A stretch of DNA of 63,819 nt, filler included. It is 7 parts of 7 records of this genome, joined end to end, with 100 filler letters (N's around TTAATTAATTAA, not from the genome) between each part and the next. Parts side by side here need not be neighbours in the genome. Positions count along the whole stretch, not along the records: positions 19,872 to 34,761 come from SRR31147125_36912; 6 more parts are not named here. One strand, written 5' to 3'. Within the stretch, counting starts at the first letter, position 1. Each line of letters starts with the position of its first letter. Both the position numbers and the translations under genes were made by a program. Shown here piece by piece: positions 19,872-30,399 of the stretch. Below the pieces are notes generated by a model. It had not been told where the DNA came from. It worked only from the letters and a program-made list of their open reading frames with translations, and made no database searches.

Positions 19872-22704
19872 TTTTTTCAAGCGCAAACAGGTAAATCAGC
19901 ATCTGCATATTAAGGCCGTAGCACACATCTGACAGGCTGAATTTCTTTTTGCCCGTCTTATAATCAACGACACGGATATATAACCGGCCGTCCTTTTCCC
20001 AGCCGTCCAAACGGTCTACAAAGCCCTTGATTTTTAAATGCGCGCCGCCGCCCTCAACCTGACAGGGCGGGATGTCGCCGCCCTCCTTAAAGGACAGCTC
20101 AAAATCCAGCGGTACAAAATCGGATTGCCTCAGCTCCCCTACCATATCCAGCACGATATGTACGGCGTCTTTTTTCAGCCGGTTGAAAAGATAAACAAAC
20201 CGGCTGGTCTTGTCCTTAAACGACTGCAAGGTGTCCCGGGCGTACTCGTCGGCGTATTTTTCCGTCAGAATGCGGCACGCTTCGTCGTTAATATCGGAAA
20301 AGCCGCCGCGCTCCGTGATCTCGCGCGTAACGTTTTCCAGTACGTAATGCATAAACGTGCCGGCCGTCGGCGCGTCAAACCCCGCTGGCTTTCTCGGGCG
20401 CGCATTTAAGCCGTACTGCAGAAAATACTGAAAACGGCAGGCATAAAACTTGTCCACCCTAGAAGCCGACATAGAAAGCTCGCTGCCATACAGCTCCGCG
20501 GCTTTGTCATAAGACAGCTTTCCGCGCGACAGGCTGGCTGCCGCTGTGATATCACGCAGCCGCTGAGCCGCTTCGGGCTCTTCCATGAAGTAAGACGCAG
20601 CAGCCGCTGCCGCCTTGCCGCCGCCGCGCGTCACATACGATGCGGCCAGCTCAAAGCTCGGACCAACAGCGCTGTTTCGGAATTCCGGCGCTTCTTCGGT
20701 CCGTTCCGACAGACCAAACAGCTCCGACAGACGCTTGACGACAAAGGAGGCGCGCTTTTCGCCGCCGCTGCCGCCGGTGTGATAAGACACAATGAGCTTG
20801 TCGGACGGCTGCGTCAGCGTGGAATAAATCGTATTCAGTTCCCGATACAGCCGTTCCTCCGCGCCGCCGGGCAGTTGGATGCCGCAGCCGAGAATTTCCC
20901 GGCGTTCATCATCGGATAAAAGCCCGCCGGCGCCGGTTTTTGGCAGGACATCATCCGTCGCACCCAGCACGAGCAGGCATTTCAGGCCGCGACGGCGTTG
21001 GCGCGGCAGATCTCCCAGACTGACCCGGTCGAGCGCGACGGGGATCGAGGTAATCTCGTACTGTGACGTCAAAAGCCTCCATAGTCGCGCAAACTCCATA
21101 TTTGAGCCTGTAACATCGCCTAATACCTCATAAAATTGATCCAGCGCCCGCACGATAATATCCCATAGCTGACGATACTCATCGGCCAGCTGCAGCTCGC
21201 CAGCATCACGCAGCGCCGACTCTTTATCCGCCATGCGGCCCGGCAGGTCGATTTCTTCCAAAAAACGATACAGGGCCCGCAGCTTCCCGCCGTATGTACG
21301 CGATGCCGCCAGCACGTCCCTGAAACGCAGGACAGGGCCAACGGCCAAACGCCGCAGCATATTAATACGCTCAAGGCGCTCCTCCTCTTTGCCGTCCGGC
21401 GCCGGCTCATAACCCGACGTGGGGAGTGTCCAGTCCTCGCCGCGCGTCCAGACAGCGCCCTTGAGGTCCCATAAAAGCGCGTAGTTTTCGAGCTCGTCGC
21501 AATCTGCCGTCGACAGGCCGGCCATACCGGTTTTCAGATAACGAAACACGCTGTCGCAGTCCCAGCCGCCTGTTATAATCGACAGCGCGTTTTCAATGAC
21601 CGCCAATGGCGGCTTTTGTGTAATATCTGTTTTATGGCCGACAAAAACGGGGATGCCGTATTTCGTAAAAATATCCTCAGCCAGACGGCCAAAGGATGCA
21701 AAGTCACACACCGCCACGGCAATGTCACGCCAGCGATATCCGCTGCGCACAAGCTCCATAACACGCGCGGCGGCCTGTTCACACTCTATGGACGGTGTGG
21801 TCGCGCGGTGCAGTTCAACGGCTTCAGAGGGCCCGTCATACGCGAGGCTGATGCTCGAAAAAAGATTTTGCTCGATGTATGTCAGAGCCGCGTTCCTCCC
21901 TGACGGCTCTGCCGCGAGCTCAATAACCCGGCCTTGCTCGCCGCAGTCAGCGGCTGCCCGAAGCAATCGATGCGCGGTTTTCCGCGCTGGCTCGAACAGC
22001 GGCTCTGCGCCGTATAATCCATCGCAGGTCAGACAAACCGTCATATCCGTTCCCATTTGTATGAGCTTTTCAACGATGCGCAGCTCCTGAGCTGTGAAGT
22101 CCGAAAAACCGTCGAAATAGACGCAAGCGGAACGAAAAACCGCGCTTTTCGTCAAAACGTCAGCCAGGTGACTGAGCTTATCGTCCGGATCTCCCGTATC
22201 TTCATCCAGCAGGCTGTCGTACGAGCCCAGAATAAGCGATAAGTCCCGGAGCTTCCCGTTCAGCGGCGCAGCCGCCGTCTGCGCCAGTTTTTCAAGCTCG
22301 CCCGACGCGATTCCGGCGCTTTTAAACTCCCCGGCTGCCTGTATAAGCATCTCCAGAAAATCTTCTTTTCGCTCCAGTCCGCCATATAAGGACAGCTTAT
22401 CCGAAACAGCATCGACAGCCCGGCTCATATATAAGACCTTGCCGCCCTTGTCCAGCGTTGTTAGAGACGGATTGCCGGTCTCGGCAAAAACCCGGCTGCA
22501 AAGACGGGAAAAGCTTAAAACCTCCCCGTAGAGGCTGAGCGCATCCGAGCCACCGTTCAAAAGCTGACGCTCAGCATCATGCGAGTATTGCTCGGGAACA
22601 ATATAATACAGATTCTTATCACCTTTTTTAATACGTCCGGCAAAATCATCCATAACACGGCGCGTTTTGCCGGCTCCCGCGCGCCCCAGAATCAGCGTAA
22701 CCAT
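19872..22704 (-). CDS. addB: ATP-dependent helicase/nuclease subunit B, 3' end cut
   Basis: ILGRAGAGKT, IVPEQYSH, DGFSDFT, SASRVDKFYACRF, GFVDRLD, VVDYKTG. Confidence 0.93.
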
Positions 22705-22980
22705 GCTGCTTACCTCGTAATTTTTTCTTTATTATAGCATAGATGCTAACGGTTTCAAAAGCCGTTCAATAGTTTCACGGCGGTCATTAACGTCGCGTCA
22801 ATCCGATAGCATTAAGAATAATTTACTAAGCTGCAACGCATTGTCAATGTCGGATTGTGTCGAAATAATGATAATATTGATATTTTTTGTAACTTATTTG
22901 AGAATAATCTCACTAAATAGTATACTATACTTAGTTCAACAATTATTAAGCTTATCATTTTATAATTCTCAGGTGTATGT

Positions 22981-24363
22981 ATGTTCTCTTTATGTAAGCG
23001 GCTGTTGCCCGTATTAATGATCTTGACGCTATTGGCCGGCCTTGTCGGCTGCGGTATAGATATAAAATATGCTGACGGCAACGGTGCATCCGTTAAACCG
23101 ACGCAGACAGTATCCGAAACGGTGACACCCTCATTAGCTCCCTCACCGTCCGCATCGGCGTCGCCCTCTTCGTCGGAGGAACCGTCCGCCGAGCCGTCTT
23201 CTGCCTCTGATACGTCGCCTTCCGCTGATCCCTCGGCCGACCCGACGATCACAATACCGGAGGCAACCGACGACCCGTCTCCCACCCCCTCAACCGTTCC
23301 GTCTTCCGAACCATCTGAAGAGCCAACGGCTGAAACCGCAAATCTTGTACCGTATGATGGCATCGTGGAGCATCTGTTCTACCACCCTGTCATTGCCTAT
23401 CCGAAGCTTGCTTTTGACGGCGACGCCAAGGAAGCAGGTCTCGACTCTTACATGGTGACGGTATCGGAATACAATAAGATGCTGGAAAGCATGTATGAAA
23501 AAGACTATATTCTTGTCGACATGAACGACGTATGGTCTGAGACCGTCGGTGACGACGGCGTCCATCAGATGGTTCGGAATACACTCATGATTCCCGAAGG
23601 AAAAAAACCGCTGATTCTCTCCTACGACGATGTCAATTACTATAACTACATGCTTGAAAACGGCTTTCCGTATAAGCTCGTCATTAAAGACGGTGAGCTG
23701 TGGAGCTACGGAATCGACCCGGACGGCAACGAGGTTTATTCGCAGGATCTGGACGCTATCACCATTCTTGATAAATTCGTCAAGGCCCATCCTGACTTTT
23801 CTTTAAACGGTGCGAAGGGCTGTTTATGCCTGACAGGCTACGAGGGCATCCTCGGCTATCGCACGATGACGGATACCCATGGCATGACGGCGGACATGGA
23901 AGATTCCCGTCAGGCCGAAATCCAGGCCGTCAAACCTATTGTGGCTATGCTTAAGGAAACAGGCTGGTATTTCGGCAGCCATTCATGGGGACATATAAAT
24001 CTGTCTTCGTCCGGCCTGAACAGCGTTAAAAGTGACACGCTCCGCTGGCTAAGCGAAGTGGGCTCCATCGTCGGCTCAACGAAGCTGTTCATCTATCCCT
24101 TTGGCGCTCGGCCGGACGGTAACGACGTGACACAGACGGGCCCGATTTTCAAATATCTTCAGGGAAAAGGTTTCCGCGTCTTCGCGTCTGTCGGCATTGA
24201 GTCGTATTCCAAAATAAAAACAGACATTTGCGCCGTTATCTGCGACCGGATGCACTCGGACGGTGATACGCTGCGCCAATCCAGGCAGCGTTATATGAAG
24301 TTTTATGACGCAAAGGATGTCTTTGACTATGAAGCCCGGCCTAATTTCGGCAACACCTGGTGA
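22981..24363 (+). CDS. Lipoprotein with Ser/Pro/Thr-rich linker and polysaccharide-deacetylase-like domain
   Basis: Lipobox LVGC, low-complexity linker, HLFYH, LSYDD, SHSWGH, YPFG. Confidence 0.8.
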   Translation: MFSLCKRLLPVLMILTLLAGLVGCGIDIKYADGNGASVKPTQTVSETVTPSLAPSPSASASPSSSEEPSAEPSSASDTSPSADPSADPTITIPEATDDPSPTPSTVPSSEPSEEPTAETANLVPYDGIVEHLFYHPVIAYPKLAFDGDAKEAGLDSYMVTVSEYNKMLESMYEKDYILVDMNDVWSETVGDDGVHQMVRNTLMIPEGKKPLILSYDDVNYYNYMLENGFPYKLVIKDGELWSYGIDPDGNEVYSQDLDAITILDKFVKAHPDFSLNGAKGCLCLTGYEGILGYRTMTDTHGMTADMEDSRQAEIQAVKPIVAMLKETGWYFGSHSWGHINLSSSGLNSVKSDTLRWLSEVGSIVGSTKLFIYPFGARPDGNDVTQTGPIFKYLQGKGFRVFASVGIESYSKIKTDICAVICDRMHSDGDTLRQSRQRYMKFYDAKDVFDYEARPNFGNTW

Positions 24364-24380
24364 TACAGGAATAATTGCAA

Positions 24381-24417
24381 CAGGGGCTGTCTTTTCAATA
24401 AGACAGCCCCTGCTTTT
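24381..24417. terminator. Terminator between convergent genes
   Basis: caggggctgtctt...aagacagcccctg followed by tttt. Confidence 0.75.
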
Positions 24418-24427
24418 ATGTACCGTT

Positions 24428-25057
24428 TTATTTCCCGTCATGAAAGCTCGTAACGCACTGCTTCTCGCCCAATGGGATGGGTCCTTCTCCCTTTTCAATG
24501 GACTTTAGAAGCCAGGCCATATTATTGCCGAGTGTACGCATGATCTGGAGCCCCTCGAGATCTTTTTTTACGTGTTCCGGGATAAAGCCGTGCACGGAGT
24601 TCCAATACGATGAGGATACGACCGGCATCTGCATGATCGTGAAATATTTATTGATCCTGTCAAAAGCCGCGCTTGCTCCGCCACGTCGGCAGCTGACGAC
24701 GGCCGCGCCCGGCTTATGCATCAGCTTCGAGCCGACCGATACGAACATCCTGTCAAGCAGTGCGCACAGCGCGCCGCAGGCGCTGGCGAAATGTACAGGC
24801 GTTCCGATGACAAGGCCGTCGGCTTGGGCGGCAAGCTCGGACATTTCGTTGCAGGCATCGTCGTCATATATACACCGCTTTAAGTCTCTGCATTTATGGC
24901 ACCCGGTGCATCCCATGACCGGTTTGTTGCCAATGTGGAATATCTGTGCTTTGATCCCGTTGTTTTCAAGCGCACATCCGACTTCGTTGAGGGCCGTATA
25001 CGTACACCCCTCCTGGTGCGGGCTTCCGTTAATGAGCAAAACCTTCATATCGATCAT
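24428..25057 (-). CDS. Iron-sulfur flavoprotein / multimeric flavodoxin family protein
   Basis: INGSPHQEGCT, CTGCHKC...C, GTPVHFA, CRRGG. Confidence 0.88.
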   Translation of the reverse strand: MIDMKVLLINGSPHQEGCTYTALNEVGCALENNGIKAQIFHIGNKPVMGCTGCHKCRDLKRCIYDDDACNEMSELAAQADGLVIGTPVHFASACGALCALLDRMFVSVGSKLMHKPGAAVVSCRRGGASAAFDRINKYFTIMQMPVVSSSYWNSVHGFIPEHVKKDLEGLQIMRTLGNNMAWLLKSIEKGEGPIPLGEKQCVTSFHDGK

Positions 25058-25200
25058 TCCTTTCGTTTAAGCTAAGGAGATGGCTGCCGTATGTAAATAT
25101 TGGCGGCAGGCTTTTATCATACAATAAATACGTGACGACGGCAACTAAATCGTTTCTTATCCGCCGAAAGCAGCGGCATAGATGCAACCCGTTTCAGCGT

Positions 25201-25231
25201 AAAAAAGAAGCCGCCATCGGCGGCCTCTTTT
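25201..25231 (-). terminator. Terminator after spoIIR
   Basis: aaaaaagaagccgcc...ggcggcctctttt. Confidence 0.6.
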
Positions 25232-25246
25232 AAAACTATATGCGTT

Positions 25247-25852
25247 TTATAATCCGAGCAGTTCTTTCAGCTTTTCAAGCAGCTCAATGGATTTGAATTT
25301 AAAGACATATTCAGGCCCGTCCTCGGTGATCAGACGCATCTCTTCATCAGACAAGCTGCTGAACACCTCTTCGGCGTCCGTCGCCGCAGAGACGCACAGC
25401 GGCGGGAAAATGACGCACCACCAGTTGTGTCCGCAGCCGGAGCCGATCACGACGCGAAGAGACGTATACTCCCCTGCAGGCAGCGAAAACGTTTCGTAAT
25501 CCCGCGTCGGGAATTTTTCAACGCTTATGGAAGCCGTAACATTATAGTTATAACCATTTTCCAAAATGACTTCCCGTGCGCCGGCTAGTATCAAATCCAT
25601 ATTTTCCTCTACCAGCCGCACCGCTTCTTCGCGTGCTGTAACGCCGTCCAGTATTTCCGCAACATCGTTTAGAATACCGTCGCGTACCTTCAGCTTAAGC
25701 GCCTGGTCTTCATCCGAGTCGGAATTTGCCACGACATGCAGGCGAATCAGCTTTTCAGACAGGTCCGTCTGCTCTTTTCTCAAACCGGCGCCTAATATAA
25801 ACGTGAACACCAGCGCCGCAATAAGCGCCAGCTCCCATTTTTTCAGTTTCAT
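25247..25852 (-). CDS. spoIIR: Stage II sporulation protein R
   Basis: LIRLHVVANSDSDEDQALKLKVRD, FPTRDY, LPAGEY, GHNWWCVIFPPLC; start placed at ATG 25852 after GGAGG. Confidence 0.95.
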   Translation of the reverse strand: MKLKKWELALIAALVFTFILGAGLRKEQTDLSEKLIRLHVVANSDSDEDQALKLKVRDGILNDVAEILDGVTAREEAVRLVEENMDLILAGAREVILENGYNYNVTASISVEKFPTRDYETFSLPAGEYTSLRVVIGSGCGHNWWCVIFPPLCVSAATDAEEVFSSLSDEEMRLITEDGPEYVFKFKSIELLEKLKELLGL

Positions 25853-25937
25853 AAGTAAAAACCTCCGAGAATACTTTGTCCGCTGATTCAAAGTATCGAC
25901 GAGGTTTTAACATATTATACCATATTTCCGATTTTTC

Positions 25938-26810
25938 TTATTCAATCTCGATCCGGTCCGACGGCGTTGTTAAAAAACACTCCCGGAAATCATGATTCAA
26001 ATCCTTTTTGGCAGCCTTTGCCGCGTCCCTGTCGCCGAATATGCCGAATACGGCCGAGCCGGTTCCCGTCATAGCCGCGCCAATCGCGCCGTGATCCAGC
26101 AGCCGCTGCTTGATGTCCTCGACAGCCCCGGCTGTTTTTGGCAATACGTCTTCAAATACATTATACATCCGGCGCGCCGTATCCTGAAGGCTGCCGTCAC
26201 AAAGCGCATTGATCAAGCCGTCTGTATCGGGGCGCAGGTGAATCTTGTCGCAAATAATCTTCGAAAAAAGCTCCGGTGTTGATATGGCAAATGACGGCTT
26301 GCAAATCACGATAGGACAGGACGGGAGCGCCGGCAGATCGGTTAGGATCTCGCCTTTTCCCTCGGCAAGCGCCGTACCGCCTGAGATACAAAACGGCACG
26401 TCTGAGCCGAGCTTATCGCCCAGCTGTTCAAGCGTATCGCGGCCAAGCTTTGTTTCAAACAGCGTGTTGAGGCCTCTCAGGACGGCGGCTCCGTCGGTAC
26501 TGCCACCGCCAAGTCCGGCGCATACCGGTATATTTTTTCGGATACCGATATGGGTTTCATAGCCGGTTATGCCCGTATGTGCAAAAAATACCTCGGCAGC
26601 ACGGGCAGCGATATTTCGTTTGTCATTTGGCAGATACTTCAGGTTTGTACTCACGGAGACGCCGTCGCCCTTTTGGCAGTCGATCATCAGCTCATCATGG
26701 AGCGTCACGCTCTGCATGATCATGCGCATATTGTGATAACCGTTATCCATACGGGAAACGATGTCAATAGACAGATTTATTTTTGCATAAGCTTTAACTT
26801 TAATATTCAT
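25938..26810 (-). CDS. ispE: 4-diphosphocytidyl-2-C-methyl-D-erythritol kinase
   Basis: AYAKINL, KNIPVCAGLGGGSTD, LGSDVPF, MTGTGSAVF. Confidence 0.95.
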   Translation of the reverse strand: MNIKVKAYAKINLSIDIVSRMDNGYHNMRMIMQSVTLHDELMIDCQKGDGVSVSTNLKYLPNDKRNIAARAAEVFFAHTGITGYETHIGIRKNIPVCAGLGGGSTDGAAVLRGLNTLFETKLGRDTLEQLGDKLGSDVPFCISGGTALAEGKGEILTDLPALPSCPIVICKPSFAISTPELFSKIICDKIHLRPDTDGLINALCDGSLQDTARRMYNVFEDVLPKTAGAVEDIKQRLLDHGAIGAAMTGTGSAVFGIFGDRDAAKAAKKDLNHDFRECFLTTPSDRIEIE

Positions 26811-28081
26811 ATGTCACTTTCAAACAGCAGATCCATCAGCTTCACCCCGGCGTCAACATACGGACCGCTGCGTCCGTTTTTTTCGTTGTAGGCTGCCGTT
26901 GAGCCTAAAGCCTTCCGGCTGTCGTAGATCAAAAACGGAACAGGGTCGCCGTCGTGCCCCCGGGTCGACGTGAGCGTTTTGTGGTCGCTCAAAAGCAGGA
27001 GCCTGTAATCCGTCCCGGATTTGTCCAGCTTTTCTGTCAAGAGCTTTATGACACGGCTGTCGAGCCATTCGATGGCCTGCAGCTTACCCTTCAGGTCGCC
27101 ATTGTGCGTGCATTCGTCCGGCGCTTCCACGTGTATGGCCGCAAAGTCGTGCGTTTTCAGGACGTCCAGCGCCGCGTCGACCTTGCCCTCATAGTTTGTA
27201 TCCAGTTCCCCCGTCGCACCCTCTACCGTGACGATATCGAGGCCGGTGAGCGCCGCAATGCCATGGCAAAGCGGCACGGCTGATATAACGCCGCCCGTCT
27301 TATGATACTGCTTTGTAAACTGCGGCAGCGCCACCGCCGTTCCTTCGGCCCAAAACCATATGCCGTTGGCCGGAAGCTGACCCTCGGCGCGTCTTTTTTC
27401 GTTGATCGGATGCTTGTCCAAAAAGCGGTGCGCCTCGATCATCAGCTCTTTTAAAACTGCGGCATTATCGCAGCCGGAGGGTAAAAGCGGCCCGATGGCT
27501 TCGCCGAGGTGATCATGCGGCGGAATGAGCACGATGCCGTTGATGTCGGCATTCTTCTGTACGGCAATATGCCGAAACGACAGTGACGGATAAACGATCA
27601 TTCCAGCCTTTTCGGCGGTCTTTTTAAAATCCGGGTCTGAAAAAAGCTCCCGGACAAGCTGCTCGGACTGCTCTCCTTCAATAGAGCCGGCTGAGTGTGA
27701 GAGTATCTTTTTATCGTGTAACGGCTTGTCACCGTCCTCATAAGCTACCATGTTGCAGCGATAAGCCACGTCGCCCGGCTCCAGGCGTATGCCGGCGGCG
27801 GCGGCCTCCAGCGGTGCGCGCCCGGTGTAGCAGACATTCGGGTCGCAGCCGAAAATGGACAGGATTGCCGTATCACTGCCGGCCGGAAGTCCCTCCGGCA
27901 CATTCTGGACGACGCCGAGGAGACCCTTTGCCGTCAGCGCATCAATCGTTGGTATGCTGGCGTATTCCAAAGGCGTTTTCCCGCCGAGTTCGTCCACCGG
28001 GTTATCGGCCATGCCGTCGCCGATCACAAGAATGTATTTCATAAGAACCCCCATAGCTGCAACGCATTTCTTTATACGCAT
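26807..28081 (-). CDS. apgM: Cofactor-independent phosphoglycerate mutase, ApgM type (start may be ATG 28042)
   Basis: GDGMAD, GKTPLEYA, AGSDTA, YTGRAPLEA, HVEAPDECTH, SDHKT. Confidence 0.88.
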   Translation of the reverse strand: MRIKKCVAAMGVLMKYILVIGDGMADNPVDELGGKTPLEYASIPTIDALTAKGLLGVVQNVPEGLPAGSDTAILSIFGCDPNVCYTGRAPLEAAAAGIRLEPGDVAYRCNMVAYEDGDKPLHDKKILSHSAGSIEGEQSEQLVRELFSDPDFKKTAEKAGMIVYPSLSFRHIAVQKNADINGIVLIPPHDHLGEAIGPLLPSGCDNAAVLKELMIEAHRFLDKHPINEKRRAEGQLPANGIWFWAEGTAVALPQFTKQYHKTGGVISAVPLCHGIAALTGLDIVTVEGATGELDTNYEGKVDAALDVLKTHDFAAIHVEAPDECTHNGDLKGKLQAIEWLDSRVIKLLTEKLDKSGTDYRLLLLSDHKTLTSTRGHDGDPVPFLIYDSRKALGSTAAYNEKNGRSGPYVDAGVKLMDLLFESDI

Positions 28082-28101
28082 GACAGCCCTTTTGGTTTCG
28101 T

Positions 28102-29268
28102 TTACAGCCGCTTGAGGAAGTTACTCAGACGCGTGAGCGCCTCAGTGATGTTGTCCAACGACGAAGCGTAGCACATGCGTACAAATCCCTCGCCGCTCGT
28201 CCCAAAGGCGTTGCCGGGTATGACAGCCACCTTCTCCTCGAGCAGGAATTTCTCGCAAAACTGCTCGGAGGTGAGTCCTGTGCTGCTGATACATGGGAAC
28301 ACATAAAATGCACCCTTCGGCTCAAAGCACTCCATCCCCAAGGAACGCAGGCCGTCCAGAATATACCGGCGCCGGTAATCGTAGTCCCGCCGCATCACTT
28401 CGACATCGTCGTCGCCTTCCTTCATAGCCTCAATCGCCGCGTACTGGCTCGTTGTGGGGGCGGACATGATGGCGTATTGATGGATTTTCAGCATTTGTGT
28501 GAGAATCTCGACCGGTCCGCAGGCATAGCCCATGCGCCAGCCTGTCATCGCATGACTCTTTGAAAACCCACCTACGACAATGGTTCGTTCATACATATCC
28601 GGGATATTGGCCATCGAATAGTGCTTCTGCCCATAAGTAAGCTCAGCGTATATCTCATCGGACAATACCATGATGTCGGTGCCGCGCAGGACCTCGGCAA
28701 GCGCTTCCAGATCGTCTTTCTCCATAATGCCGCCCGTTGGATTATTCGGATACGGCAGGATTAACAGCTTCGTTTTCGGTGTGATAGCCGCGCGCAGCTC
28801 ATCAGCCGTCAGACGAAACTCGTTTTCTACCTTGGTTTCAACGTAAACAGGATTGGCACAGGCCAATTCTGTGACCGGGCCGTAACAGACGAAGGACGGT
28901 ACAGGAATGATGACCTCATCGCCCGGATTAACGAGCGCTCTTACGGCCAGGTCAAGCGCTTCGCTCCCGCCAACCGTCACGATAATCTGATTTTTATAAT
29001 TATAATCAAGGTTAAACCGGCGCTTCTGGTAGCTGCTGATTTCCACGCGAAGCCTGGACAGGCCGGCATTGCCGGTATATTTTGTAAAGCCCTTCTCCAG
29101 CGAAAATATGCCGGCGTCACGGATGTGCCACGGCGTTACAAAGTCCGGCTCACCGATTCCCAAAGAAATAGCGTCGTCCATGTCCTCAAGTATGTCAAAA
29201 AACCTTCGGATACCCGACGGTTTAAGTCCTTTAACGTTATCGCTCAAGAGAGATTCATAATCCATCAT
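28102..29268 (-). CDS. PLP-dependent class I/II aminotransferase (YugH/AlaT-like)
   Basis: SLGIGEPDF, PNNPTG, SDEIYAEL, FSKSHAMTGWRMGY. Confidence 0.92.
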   Translation of the reverse strand: MMDYESLLSDNVKGLKPSGIRRFFDILEDMDDAISLGIGEPDFVTPWHIRDAGIFSLEKGFTKYTGNAGLSRLRVEISSYQKRRFNLDYNYKNQIIVTVGGSEALDLAVRALVNPGDEVIIPVPSFVCYGPVTELACANPVYVETKVENEFRLTADELRAAITPKTKLLILPYPNNPTGGIMEKDDLEALAEVLRGTDIMVLSDEIYAELTYGQKHYSMANIPDMYERTIVVGGFSKSHAMTGWRMGYACGPVEILTQMLKIHQYAIMSAPTTSQYAAIEAMKEGDDDVEVMRRDYDYRRRYILDGLRSLGMECFEPKGAFYVFPCISSTGLTSEQFCEKFLLEEKVAVIPGNAFGTSGEGFVRMCYASSLDNITEALTRLSNFLKRL

Positions 29269-29744
29269 ACAAAAAACACCCTCTCTTCCTGCTCCTCAGG
29301 CAATTTAAATAAACAGCCCTTTTCCTTGTATTTTTTCAATATAAAGTGCGTTGCCGTCGCCGTAACGCCGTCCAGCGGTGCCAGCCGTGCGAATACAAAC
29401 TGCGCGACGTCCTTGATGGAACGGGCCGTGATATACACAGCCAGATCAAATGCGCCCGACATCAAATAAAGACTGTCCACCTCATCATATTGATAGATAC
29501 GTTCGGCGATTCGTTCAAAGCCCTCGCCGCGCTGAGGCGATATCTTCACTTCAATGAGTGCTGTTACAGCATCGTCGGTTACTTTGTCCCAATCGACAAG
29601 CGCCATATATTTTAAAATAACGCCGTCCGCTTCGCATTTGGCAATAACTGCTTCCACGTCCTTCGGGTCCATGTCGAGCATTAATGCGATCTGCTGTGCG
29701 GAAAGCCTGCCGTCTTTTTCAAGAAGCTTTAATATTTCTTTCAT
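29265..29744 (-). CDS. Lrp/AsnC family regulator (YugG-like)
   Basis: MKEILKLLEKDGRLS, YLMSGAFDL, TATHFILKKYK; overlaps the aminotransferase start. Confidence 0.9.
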   Translation of the reverse strand: MKEILKLLEKDGRLSAQQIALMLDMDPKDVEAVIAKCEADGVILKYMALVDWDKVTDDAVTALIEVKISPQRGEGFERIAERIYQYDEVDSLYLMSGAFDLAVYITARSIKDVAQFVFARLAPLDGVTATATHFILKKYKEKGCLFKLPEEQEERVFFV

Positions 29745-30116
29745 GACGTAACCTCCAACGTATTGATGGAAAATATGATTTCTAATCATTATACATTTTC
29801 ATTGTCATTATATCAAACACTAATTTAACGTCCTGTAAAATATAGAAAGATTGAACGTTTTGTATCAGCTGAGCCGTTACGTTATCGTGCGTTTCGTGCA
29901 TAAATCACGTACGGCCGGTTATATTATGCACGTAGCTATTGTTCCGCCGGCTAAGCATTGCCTTGTTGTTTTAAGAATTATAAAGCTAGCGGCTTAGTCC
30001 CTCTGTTTTTCCTAGCTAACGGTTCTAGCAGCCCGTCGTTTACATTTTCTAACAGGCTGTTATTCAATTTGTAAGGCAATATTTAGCCGGCGGAGCAAAA
30101 GAAGGAGGAATATGCT

Positions 30117-30332
30117 GTGATCATGGATAGAATCGCGCTCGTCCTAGCTATCATTGGCGGACTTAACTGGGGCTCGATCGGACTTTTTAGATTTGATATC
30201 GTCGCTTATATCTTCGGCGGGCAGGCTGCTGCTGTCAGCAGAGTCATCTATACGCTCGTCGGCCTTGCCGCCATCTGGCTGATCTCCCTTTTATTCAGGG
30301 AACGCGAAGAAGAACGCGGAGAACACGCATAA
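30117..30332 (+). CDS. DUF378 family small membrane protein (YuzA-like)
   Basis: IIGGLNWGSIGLF...SRVIYTLVGLAA; SD AAGGAGG. Confidence 0.9.
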   Translation: MIMDRIALVLAIIGGLNWGSIGLFRFDIVAYIFGGQAAAVSRVIYTLVGLAAIWLISLLFREREEERGEHA

Positions 30333-30334
30333 AA

Positions 30335-30360
30335 TATCCAGAGGATTTTTCCTCTGGATA
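30335..30360. terminator. Terminator after DUF378 gene
   Basis: tatccagagg...cctctggata. Confidence 0.6.
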
Positions 30361-30399
30361 CATATTTTTCAGACTGGATCAGGCCGCTATCAGCCGGTT

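Noticed and set aside
19872-22704. Cas4-like or defence nuclease
   Set aside because: The full architecture is housekeeping AddB; the absence of addA is explained by the contig break.
23095-23340. Repeat-like GC-rich tract and antisense ORF 22812-23363
   Set aside because: It encodes the Ser/Pro/Thr linker of the lipoprotein; the antisense ORF is its shadow.
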